Below, piece by piece: positions 27,001-38,240 of a DNA stretch of 64,000 nt; position 1 is the first letter of the stretch, and every line of letters begins with the position of its first letter. The DNA comes from Takakia lepidozioides (lineage: Eukaryota > Plantae > Bryophyta): positions 61,814,001-61,878,000 of the forward strand of contig CM060734.1 in the NCBI GenBank assembly GCA_030704615.1. The letters are read 5' to 3'. The position numbers were made by a program, and so were the translations under genes. The notes under the pieces are model-generated. The model was not told the DNA's origin. It saw only the letters and a program-made list of their open reading frames with translations, and did not search any database.

Positions 27001-28441
27001 AGGGCCAGTGGAGGGCAAAGCACCACGAAAGCTCACCCAAAGCGAGATGAATGAGCTCAGACTGCAAGTGCAGAACATTGCCACAACTACTATAGACAAT
27101 GTCTATAGTAGGATAGCAGAGTTACAGGAGGATGTAGACGGACTGCAGACTCAAGTGAAGGACCTCACTTCAAACATCGACAAAAGAGTCTATATCCCTC
27201 AGGAACAGCTAATGGCTTCTTATTTACAAGCCAGAACTTTGGCTTTTCAGTCTTCACAGGAGGTGCAGGAAATGCCAATGATACAAGAGCCAGTACCACT
27301 AACACTACAACAAGTCACTGTACCAGTAGCTGAACCTGTTGTTACTACAACCACACCATAGCCACCACAGCCTGAGGTATGGGGCAATGCTGTTTTTAAC
27401 CCACCTAAAACTCCAGCTGCAAGGGAGTACAGTAGGGCTATGATTATGCCCTTCAACCAAATTCCCATCATGTTGGATTTGGCTTGGAAAGAATTTAGTC
27501 CTCCGCAGTCATTCGCACATTACTACCAAATCATGCGCATTTGGCTACCAGTGGCAACTAGGACTAAAGTTCTTCCGAACAATCGACCAATTGAGGATCA
27601 TCACTTTGCACAGTACTGGCACGAGGCAGGTACCATGTTGAGAGAATTAATTGCTTTCCAAGTTGTACATGGATTCATTTATACCAAGACCAAGGAGGTA
27701 GCAAGTATTGTCATGGGATGCGGGCTATACTACGCTGCTTGTTTTCTGGTACGTTATCACATTGAGCAACACAAGATGCAAACGTGTTTTTTGAGTTATT
27801 CCAGTGGGGATCATTGGGTCTTACTTTCAGTGCCACCTCATATGTACCTATATGAGGCAAAAGTTATGATGCAAAAGGATTCTCAAATTCGTTCATGGTT
27901 TCAAGCGGCCTGGAACAATTTGTCAACACAGAAATTCGGCATTGATGATATTTTCTATAAGGGACATGTGGCATGGAAATACTTGCACGCTGCACCAGTA
28001 ATTGGTACCCCACTCACCTGGACAAACAAGGAGCTCAGTGTCTACACCAATTTTGCTGTTCAGCGGTTACATCAAGTTGTAAAATATAAACTTCCAGACA
28101 TGGTAGGACAACATTGTATGCCCCAGAGGATTCCACAAAGAGTTCAAAAATTAAAACACCTGAGAGGCGATGAGGATTCTGATACAACTGTTTCTTCAGC
28201 GGATTCTTTTGACATGGGAGAAGACTATGCAATTCAAATGGCAGAGAAGAAGCGACGGGCGTCTCCTATGCCTGAAAGGTTACCTCGATATCAGCCTCCA
28301 GAGGGCCTCACTTATCCAGGTAGTGTTCAAACATCTCCATCAACCAGTGACAGACCTCGGGCTCGTACACACAGTCCGCCACGAAACTCTCAACGTCATA
28401 AAGGTGCTCGCTCACAAAGGTTTGCTAATCGCAATCAGTAA
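23846..28441 (+). pseudogene. Giant 3' extra ORF of copy C: one reading frame (1532 codons; 1256 from ATG 24674) with four nonsense codons
   Basis: ORFs at 23846, 25094, 25865, 26402 and 27440 are all in the same frame. The stops correspond to sense codons in other copies. Confidence 0.9.
23989..24180 (+). repeat. Internal CACAGCC(TAT) tandem array, copy C
   Basis: ACACAGCCTATCACAGCCCATCACAGCCC... repeated. Confidence 0.85.
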
Positions 28442-28462
28442 ACCGTGAGGACACGGCTTTTT

Positions 28463-28479
28463 GAGAGGGGAAGGGGTAA
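28463..28479 (+). promoter_or_regulatory. Polypurine tract of copy C
   Basis: GAGAGGGGAAGGGGTAA before TGTTAG. Confidence 0.9.
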
Positions 28480-29453
28480 TGTTAGAGGACTGTCTGGGAC
28501 TTAGACACTTATATGGGATCTGTAAGGTACCCTTAATTTTTGCACAGACTGAGACCAACAGGAGCCTTAGGGGTGATAGCAGCGCACTGTAGAGGGGGGT
28601 TACACAGCCCGTCACAGCCAACACAGCCCGTCACAGTCGTCACAGCCGACACAGCCAGACACAGTCAGCACAGCTCGTCACAGCCCGACACAGCCATCAC
28701 AGCCAACACAGCCCGTCACAGCCGACACAGCCACACAGCCAGTCACAGCCCGTCACAGTTTCACACAGCCAGTCACAGCTTGACACAGCTGTCACGACCA
28801 TAGGGAACGGAGAGCAGGACAGGGAATGACTGTGTGGAACAACACCTGCAAATGGAACATGTTAGTTCACGGACGACGGTTAGTGAGGGAAACGGTTAGA
28901 GCCACGGGTAGGAAGATAAAGCGAGAAGCAAGGACTGAGAAGGGAGATTATTCTTGGAGGCACTGGAGGGGGAGGACTTCTTGGTCATGCAGGAGAGGGG
29001 ATCGGGCAGAGAGGAAGAACGGAAGCAAAGATGGAGAGCACGGTGAAGGAGGAGAGATGATTAGTAGATGCTTGTTATATGCAAAGCTGTAGTGATATTG
29101 TAGAGTAGATTAGAGACACAATGGCTTCGGCCTGATACCTGATAAATCATAATTTGATACTTATACGATACAATCACGCTGTGTAGAGAGATCTGAGTGA
29201 AGCTGTGGAATGAATGGATGAGTTGATGGAATCCGATAGATTGATGAAGCAAACTGATACTTAATTATCAATGGTAAGGTAGCTAACATGAATGCCAAAA
29301 GGGAAACAAATAGGAAACACCCCCATGATACACTAGCTGTAGGTCATGACTGATTGTTCTGCGCGGGCTGAGTACTTAGAGATTTCCAACTCTTCTATCT
29401 TGGAGTTTCCGCCTCGGATAGCGAAGGGATGGGTGAGTAAAAGCCACGCGACA
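28480..29453 (+). repeat. 3' LTR of copy C (974 bp)
   Basis: TGTTAGAGGAC...AAAAGCCACGCGACA. Confidence 0.95.
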
Positions 29454-30919
29454 GTTTCCACCCCTACCGGTATGGATACGCCGTGTAGTCCAGGCCCATG
29501 TCTCTGAGCATGGTGTTGAGGATACGGATGTAATTCATTTGTCTACTCCCCCCTCATTGAGATCAGCTTCATTTCGTGGCATGAAGGCGTATGGAAATCA
29601 TTATCGAGTGGATGACACTGAGAGTCGTCTTCTTATTTCTTTTGATTTCGGAGTTGCATTCGTCTTCTAGCAACAGAGCAGAAATAGTGTGCGTGATAGA
29701 AATCCAGTCATGTCACCATTAGAGTACGTTGGGGTCATCAAAGAGATCTTCAAATTGGATTATGGACGAGTGCACCCCATTGTATTTCGTTGTGCTTGGG
29801 TGAGGGCCAACCTCGTTGGACAAAATGCTACAATGAAGCGGGATTCGTATGGTTTTCTACTTGCAAATTTTGGGAGGATGTTACCCGCCAATGATCAGCC
29901 GTTTATCTTTCCATCTCAAGTTGAACAGGTGTTCTTTTCAGATGAGTCCCCAAGTTCGGAGTGGAAGGTAGTCCTTCGGAAGGATCCAAGAGCAAAAAAA
30001 ATTGTGGCGGACATAGATCAATGTGACATTGGAGAAAATGCAGATTTCGATGGCCTTCAGGCACCGTCCACCTTATCAGATCAGCCAATACCTAGGTCAT
30101 TAGATGGTGCCACGGCTCTAAATAAAGAAGACCTAGCTATGTTGGCTACCATTCAAGCGGCGTTTGTGCAACCAACCGCTATTCTAGTTGAGCAAAGTGA
30201 TTCAGAGGGTGAAGAATATGTTTCAGATTCAGAATAAAGTTTATTGTTGGAACCATTTGTTCAATAGCATCATGCCACAATGGTCTGGCCACTTGTCTGT
30301 TTTTCAAAGTCTGTCACAGCTGCACAAACCACTTAAAATTTTTCATGTATCACCCAAAAAGTGGTACCAATCACTTGTCTGTAGGCAACCACTCATGAGC
30401 AACCACTAGAATAGTGGTTCCAATTACTGCAGTATCTTTCATCACCCACTCTCCACCACTATCAAAGTGGTACAAATCAATGAGGTGTCTTTAACCACTC
30501 AAGATCAACGTGCACTGTCCCCGTCCACGTGGAATATTATATTTATGAATTAAAATATATTTCCAAATCATAAATCACAAATAAAGTTTGAATTATTTCA
30601 CGTGGAGTAGCAATTGGTTTCAACCACTTCCCATCACTGAGGTGTCTATAACCACTCACAATGTACCACTGCACTCGTCCACGTGGAATATTATATATAT
30701 TAATTAAAATGTATTACCAAATAAATAATAAATAAATAAAAACAATTTATTACACGTTGACTACTGAGTGGTTGAAACCACTTCCAACCACTGTCTGTGA
30801 TGCCACCATGGCATTTCATTGGGATTAACCACTGGCAAGTGGTTACTAGTGGTTTATAGAGTGGAAAAAGACAGTAGTGGTTAAAGGGCCAGTGGTTATT
30901 CGACGTTTTTCTTCTAGTG
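29454..30919 (+). mobile_element. 3' part of a CACTA (En/Spm) DNA transposon
   Basis: Transposase C-terminal remnant, many AACCACT/AGTGGTT subterminal repeats (30320-30900), terminus ...CTTCTAGTG (reverse complement CACTAGAAG) at 30919. Confidence 0.85.
29581..30237 (+). pseudogene. CACTA TnpD/TNP2-like transposase C-terminus (DUF4216-like)
   Basis: MKAYGNHYRVDD ... EYVGVIKEIFKLDYG..IVFRCAWV..RDSYGF..DQPFIFPSQVEQVFF..WKVVL; an in-frame stop precedes ORF 29689-30237. Confidence 0.8.
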
Positions 30920-31114
30920 CATGCTTCACAAGTGCACTGATTTGCACACAACAGGGACTGGCCCTATCTCTTCACTCACACCTCTTCATGAGCTTGGAGC
31001 TGAAGCTCCCACCAGGCTGCGATGCATCCCCTCGCAGCTCCACTATTCGGTTGCTCCTCATCTACCACAACAACTGATTTCGGGCAGAAATACTTTGAGC
31101 TGATCATATCATCT

Positions 31115-31324
31115 CACTACAGGAAAAAAAAAAAAAAAAAGGGGGGGGGGGTTTTGACGCCGCGGCATCGTAAAACAACCCTTTTCGGGCGGGAAAAAAA
31201 ACCAAATTTGCGACGCCCGGGTGTCGCAAGCCCGTCGCCAAAAAACCGTCGCAAATTTGCGACCAATGGGGGTCGCAAATATGCGAAACCGCGATTTGCG
31301 ACGTCCGGGCGTCGAAAAAAAACA

Positions 31325-31366
<42 letters not shown>

Positions 31367-32315
31367 CTACTCTGCGATGCAGAATTAGCACCGCCGGGGG
31401 TCGCAAAGTGCGACGCCCGGACGTCACAATTTAAGGGGGTACATTTGAATTTGAATTTTGAATTTCAAAAACTTGTTGACCATTGACTCCGGTTCTGTCT
31501 AATGGCGATATGTTCATTGTTCTATATATATATCATGCAGCGCATACTTGAACCTAAGACCTCCACGTTATAACATTTTTAAGACACTACAAACTAACCA
31601 ACACACCTAGGCTACATCTATATATCACAAAAGCAATCTATATATATATAAAGATTTCCTTCAAGTTCATTCAAGTTCCTTCTAAGGGGGTCTCTCTTGT
31701 GACGCCGGGGAGTTGCAATCTCCACATCCTTAGTGCCCAGCCCCAGTCCCAGCCCCAGCCTCAGCATCGTCGCCGTTGTTGTACTCCCCCCACCGCCAGG
31801 CGCCCCAAGCGACATCCTTTTGTGGACCTAAGCTGACCACACACTATTGCGACCCCCTGTGACGACACCGTTGCGACCCCCTAACGTCGCAACGTTGGGC
31901 GTCCCAGCGCGGGGCGCCCCCCAGCGACGCTTTTGTGAAATTGAGGGTCGCAAAGCTAAAAAAAAAAACTGCCACTGTGGTGATGCTGTTGCGACGCCCT
32001 GGCATCGTAGAGGCGCCCTTAGTGACGCTTTTGCGACGCCGAGGCATCGCAATGTCCATTTAAAATAAAAATAAAATAAATAAATTAATTTTTTTTCTTG
32101 GATTTCCGACGTCCGGGCGTCGCAAGAAAAAAAATCCGTCGCAGTGAGGGCCCTCTTTACCCCTTCATGCCACATTACGACGACTGGGCGTCGTAATGGT
32201 GTCGCAGCAGGGGATTGCGACGTCGGGGCATCGCAATAAAACGCCGTGGGCTCAGCGCCGCGCGGGGCGTGGGGGCGCGGCTGGCGTCGCAAACCCCCCC
32301 CCATTTGTTGTAGTG
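31115..32315. mobile_element. Complete non-autonomous CACTA element (1201 bp), 3-bp TSD TCT
   Basis: Begins CACTACAGG at 31115, ends TTGTAGTG at 32315, TCT on both flanks. Dense (T)GCGACGCC / GGCGTCGCA subterminal repeats in both orientations. Confidence 0.93.
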
Positions 32316-35184
32316 TCTCCAACCTGCAACACGCTAGTTTCCCATGCGTAGCCCACATTCCTGCAGCTCCTTAACTCGGCTTGCAACTGAAGAAGACGAT
32401 CACCCGTTTGCCCACTCGTGTCCAGCATCTCCTCCGCTTCATACTAGAAGCCCAAACTTGGTTACCATAGCGTTGAGCTATGCAACACTGACCGCCTCTC
32501 TATCCATTGCAAACCTGCAACCTTCGCTATCCGCTTTGGATGGGCTCATGCACTGTCGAGTTGTCCATTGCTGCATCCACTTGCTTCCTCAAAAAACGTA
32601 ACCGCTGCTGCTGCTCGATCGTTCAACTCCACACCTCAGCTCTTGCTGCCCCACTACAATAGATAAACCTTACTCTACCCTCATAAATTTCAGGCGCTCA
32701 TTTTGCTCACTACGATAGATGAGCCTCCAAGCCCCCTTAATAAGAGAGCACGGAAGAAGAGAAGAAATAGACCGGCCCACGAGAAGGAATGGCAAAACAG
32801 TGCATCGGGTGGCTTCGGGGCCTGATCACGATGCGAAGGTGGAATCGTTATGGTTAAAAATATATTTCACAAAAATAAAATAAATATAAATATAAATATT
32901 TAATGCTCATTAATATCAGGAGGAACGTTAACTAGTGAAGGTATATCTGTTATTTTATGGTGTTTTCCGACGAAGGTATATCAGGATCTTCTTCCATTTT
33001 AGCATTGATGCGGGGTCTCCTCTTGAGGGAGGAGCCAATAAAAAGACTCAATAATGGAGTATGGAGTATTAGCCAATTTTAAAAATGGTTTAGAAAATAA
33101 ATAGAACCCTCAATAAGGGAAACATATAATGTTGGGTTGGAATGCAGGGATAAGTTAGCATAAAAGCTTGCCCATCAAATGAGAAAGTTACCCACACCAA
33201 CATCTCTTTTCCTCATTTTTCAAGCTTTATTAAAATTATTTAAAAAAAAAGTGCAAGCTGCAATATGTGTATTCTACCTAGCGCCCTGGGGGACGTGGAT
33301 TGCGATGGTAGGAGCATGAATAATGCGTGGCGAGTATTCAACGTACTAGAACGGGCCGGGTAGGGCCGATTCTGCCTTGTTAACTCAGCTGAAAACAAAG
33401 ATTCAGGCACAGATGATGGTCAGGATAGTGAACAATTGTAATGACTTGTGATGGGTACTCCTCATAATGAGAAGACCCCTTTGAAGGCCTCAAACAGCCT
33501 GTCAGTGAGCTCAAGATAATGTGGAAACTGGTGGCTCTCATTGGTTCCTAATTCTGGGCCGCAGCTGCACATCAAATGCTATGGTGAAGAGTACTATTTA
33601 GAAAATCATAGTTTCCCAAGTTAAGCACATAAGCACCACAATAGAGAAATCCTTTCTGCTAGTGGCTCTTCTTCTCATGAGAACTGAAGTGATGGATTCA
33701 TTTCCTCCAAATGATCTTTTGAGGATCAGATACCCATTCTCTCACCTCCAGCCGTTGCCCCTCTTGTTCTTGCTATGTTCAAACAGGGTATGTGGCCTTC
33801 GGCTACAATAGTATGGCAATCTGAACCTCATGAGGACGTTTTTCTCTCTTTCTTTCTGCACTTGGTTGTGACTGGCAGCACGCTCAGAACCCAAAGTCAC
33901 ATCTGTGTAAAGGTAAAGAACAATAGCCATGTTGGTAACTATATCCAGCAAAAAAGCAGAGGCTCACTAACATGGACTTTGCATCACAACTAATTTTTTT
34001 TTCCCTGTCACTGAAAGGCCTCTTATTCCTTCTTGCATTGATAAGTACGCACCGTCAGCCAAAGAGGTACGAAGCCCATCACGGAAGGGAGACCAGCAAA
34101 AAAGATGCAAGAAAGAGCAAATGCTACACTCTGCTTAACCTGCACATCACATGGGGGACAACATCAGTCTATCATAGTCACCATATTTGCGTTCCAATTA
34201 GCACTAACCTCAACTCAACACAAAGCAGGTAGAAGAGTTAGCATAAATCCCACCCTTGCAAGAAGCCAGTAACCTTGAGACACACTAGGCTCTTAGGGTC
34301 TGTTCCAATTGGCCAGGAAAGCAAGGAACATTGAGTAACCAAATTGTGAATGGAAACAAATTGTCATAAATGTTCTGTGTCGGAATTCGCATGACGAGAG
34401 GATGGGGCTTTGCCCCTATGTGGCTCTCTGGATACAGATCTCTGTATCCAATGGTCTGTCTTGGGGGACGCTAAGATCTTAGATTGAAGGAGAGCCCAAA
34501 ACTGGGCCCCAGTGATGACCGGTGACCGGTTACTGAGTACATCTCCTATTCTCTGTCTATGTTTATGTCTCTTGTTCGGCCAAACTGGTGCAGGGTCTCT
34601 GGCCATAGGGCTACGGAAAACGAGTACATTTTGTTTTTGTCTCTGTTTCAAAAATTGACGGTAAGGAGTCTACTTTAAAAAATGAACAATTAACAGATGC
34701 AGAGAGGACAGGGAGATTGTCAATGCCTGACGTGCAGGTGGCCTAAAAACAATATCCATTTTCTGATACAATGTCCAGGGTATTCTCATTAGAGAGTGAC
34801 CCTCTTCAGGACCATCATGAACACTCCCCCTGCACCTCTGTTCACCACCTTTCAAAATCTCGTGGCTGAGCCTAAAGCCCTGGCCCTGTTGGGATCTAAT
34901 TGCTGGACTGATCACACACAGCAGATTGGTGCTTGTGTTCCCTCTTGTTTTTTCCAAACTCCGTGTTGGGTCTATGGCTACAAGACTACGGCAAACAACG
35001 TCTGGTGAGCACATTCGGTTTTTGTCTATGTTTCTCTCTCTCTTTCTACCCTCAAACTGAGTGTGGTATCCACGTATCCACCAACAAGGTTATGGCAAGG
35101 ACAGTTCTTGATCGGGACCTACTTGCCTGCAATAAGACCTACTGCTGACATCCTTGTCCTTTGTATATACAATCGAGTGACCAT

Positions 35185-36918
35185 GTCTTACCAATTAAGA
35201 ATTGGTTTGGTGTGCTTTAGCAATGACAAATGGAACTCAATCAATGGGCCATTCTGGAGAAGAAGCACATCAGCTGCAATAGCCACCGCTGTTGCACTAG
35301 CATTATGGGCCAAAACTATTCCGACTGTCGTAGCTACTAAGGCAGGGGCATCATTGATACCATCCCCTAGGTACAATTATCAAGATTGGGGATCCTAACT
35401 CTTCCTGGAGGATAGATAAAATAGTTCATGTGTAAATCAGTGGTTTGTTTTGTGATGAGGATTGTAGGAAATGTTCGTCAGCCTCGCCATTCTGCTTGCA
35501 GACTTATACTGCCTTTGTTGGTACTATGTCCTATAGACCCCCTTGATGCTGCACACCACATAAACCCATGCCAGCTACACCCATGCCTTGGCTGGTGCTG
35601 GCATGGGTTAGTTCCACTAATCAGCAGGTTATTGCTTAACAAGAAATATGGCCCGTTCGATCAAGCAGTCTGGGTGAATAGTAGGAACAATGTTACCCTT
35701 CTGCTGTGACAAATGCTTGTCCTCTGGCCGAAGCCCCCAGTGAAATTCGTCAATGCCAACAGTACTTTTTGCCCCCCTCTCGGCACTTGATCCCCGGTTA
35801 GCATTAACACTCGCAAGTCAGCTTGCACTTTGAGTGCCTCAACCATGTTAGAGGACTATCTGGGATTTAGACACTTATACGGAATCTGTAAGGTACCCTT
35901 AATTTTTGCACAGACTGAGACCAACAGGAGCCTTAGGGGTGACAGCAGCGCACTGTAGAGGGGGGTTACACAGCCTGTCACAGTCCAACACAACCCGTCA
36001 CAGTCGTCACAGCCGACACAGCCACACAGCCAGTCACAGTCGACACAGCCAGACACAGTCAGCATAGCTTGTCACAGCCCGACACAGCCATCACAGCCAA
36101 CACAGCCACACAGCCAGTCATAGCCCGACACCGCCAAACACAGTCACACAGCCAGTCACAGCCCGTCACAGTTTCACACAGCCAGTCACAGCTTGACACA
36201 GCTATCACGACCATAGGGAACGGAGAGCAGGACAGGGAACGACTGTGGGGAACAACACCTGCAAATGGAACATGTTAGTTCACGGACGACGGTTAGTGAG
36301 GGAAACGGTTAGAGCCACGGGTAGGAAGATAAAGGGAGAAGCAAGGACTGAGAAGGGGGATTCTTGGAAGCACTTCACGGGGGGGCACTTCTTGGTCATG
36401 CATGAGAGGGGATCGGGCGGAGAGCAAGAACGGAAGCAAAGATGGAGAGCACGGTGAAGGAGGAAAGATGATTAGTAGATGCTTGTTATATGCAAAGCTG
36501 TAGTGATATTGTAGAGCAGATTAGAGACACAATGGCTTCGGCCTCATACCTGATAAATCGTAATCTAATACTTATACGATACAATCACACTGTGTAGAGA
36601 GATCTGAGTGAAGCTGTGGAATGAATGGATGAGTTGATGGAATCCGATAGATTGATGAAGCAAACTGATACTTAATTATCAATGGTAAGGTAGCTAACAT
36701 GAATACGGAAAGGGAAACAAATAGGAAACACCCCCATGATACACTAGCTGTAGGTCATGACTGATTGTTCTGAGCGGGCTGAGTACTTAGAGATTTCCAA
36801 CTCTTCTATCTTGGAGTTTCCGCCTCGGATAGCGAAGGGATGGGTGAGTAAAAGCCGCGCGACAAACCACCGAAGCAGCATGAGGCCTGAATTGATCCTC
36901 AAAATGGAACAATGTCAC
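35185..36918 (-). pseudogene. HMA1: HMA1-like P1B-type heavy-metal ATPase gene remnant (two recognisable exons), interrupted by the solo LTR
   Basis: VTLFHFEDQFRPHAASV|VEALKVQADLRVLMLTGD across the LTR; VGIDEFHWGLRPEDK in a shifted frame; GDGINDAPALVATTVGIVLAHNASATAVAIAADVLLL at 35188-35376. These match plant HMA1 P-domain motifs as I recall them. Confidence 0.85.
35846..36864 (+). mobile_element. Solo LTR (1019 bp, subfamily I), TSD AACCA
   Basis: TGTTAG...GCGACA flanked by AACCA at 35841-35845 and 36865-36869; no PBS or PPT adjacent. Confidence 0.96.
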
Positions 36919-37086
36919 TTGTAGAAGTCCAGTCCTTCATCAACGTTAAAGGCATCTTCCACCAACCAATCACCTGCCTCAGGACACACCTCATAATATA
37001 CTGTTTTCGGTGTAATCCCCAGAGTCTGATTCATAAGACACATAACCCCATTCCTAAGGAATGGACTGAGAAAACGACGAGGATAC

Positions 37087-38201
37087 TGTCGCGCGGCTTT
37101 TACTCACCCATCCCTTCGCTATTCGAGGTGGAAACTCCAAGATAGAAGAGTTGGAAATCTCTAAGTACTCAGCCCGCGCAGAACAATCAGTCATGACCTA
37201 TAGCTAGTGTATCATGGGGGTGTTTCCTATTTGTTTCCCTTTTGGCATTCATGTTAGCTACCTTACCATTGATAATTAAGTATCAGTTTGCTTTATCAAT
37301 CTATTGGATTCCATCAACTCATCCATTCATTCCACAGCTTCACTCAGATCTCTCTACACAGTGTGATTGTATCGTAAAAGTATCCGATTATGATTTATCA
37401 GGTATCAGGCCGAAGCCATTGTGTCTCTAATCTGCTCTATAATATCACTATAGCTTTGCATATAACAAGCATCTACTCATCATCTCTCTATCTTCACTTC
37501 CGTTCTTCATCTCTGCCGGATCCCCTCTCCCGCATGACCAAGAAGTCCTCTCCCGTGAAGTGCTTCCCATCGCCAAAAAGCCCCTTCTCCGTCCTTGCTT
37601 CTCGCTTTATCTTCCTACCCGTGGCTCTAACCGTTTCCCTCACTAACCGTCGTCCGTGAACTAACATGTTCCATTTGCAGGTGTTGTTCCCCACAGTCGT
37701 TCCCTGTCCTGCTCTCCGTTCCCTATGGTCGTGACAGCTGTGTCAAGCTGTGACTGGCTGTGTGAAACTGTGACGGGATGTGACTGGCTGTGCGACCGTG
37801 TTTGGCTGTGTCGGGTTGTGACTGGCTGTGTGGCTGTGTCTGCTGTGACGACTGTGACTGGCTGTGTGGCTGTGTCTGCTGTGACGACTGTGACGGGCTG
37901 TGTTGGCTGTGTCTGCTGTGACGACTGTGACGGGCTGTGTTGGCTGTGTCGGCTGTGACGACTGTGACGGGCTGTGTTGGCTGTGACTGCTGTGACGACT
38001 GTGACGGGCTGTGTTGGCTGTGACTACTGTGACGACTGTGACAGGCTGTGTTGGTTGTGTCGGCTGTGACGGGCTGTGTAACCCCCCTCTACAGTGCGCT
38101 GCTGTCATCCTTAAGGCTCCTGTTGGTCTCAGTCTGTGCAAAAATTAAGGGTACCCTATAGATCCCGTATAAGTGTCTAAGTCCCAGACAGTCCTCTAAC
38201 A
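37087..38201 (-). repeat. 3' LTR of copy D (1115 bp)
   Basis: TGTCGCGCGG...CCTCTAACA, adjoining the PPT complement 38202-38220. Confidence 0.95.
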
Positions 38202-38240
38202 TTACCCCTTCCCCTCTTCAAAAAACCGTGTCCTCACGGT

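Larger units (their letters stand above)
22604..29453 (+). mobile_element. Ty3/Gypsy copy C (subfamily I), 3' half; 3' LTR abuts a CACTA transposase remnant
   Basis: INT 22604-24030, extra ORF 23846-28441, PPT 28463-28479, 3' LTR 28480-29453. Confidence 0.95.

Noticed and set aside
31316-31363. Poly(A) tract as a retroposon tail
   Set aside because: Lies among CACTA subterminal repeats with no associated body or TSD.
33580-33990. Possible further HMA1 exons (HE...LMCL resembling LHEGGTLLVCLN)
   Set aside because: Too degenerate to support without alignment.
34300-35150. Possible LINE fragment
   Set aside because: Only a vague C-x2-C-like hint; no RT or endonuclease motif, poly(A) tail or TSD recognised.
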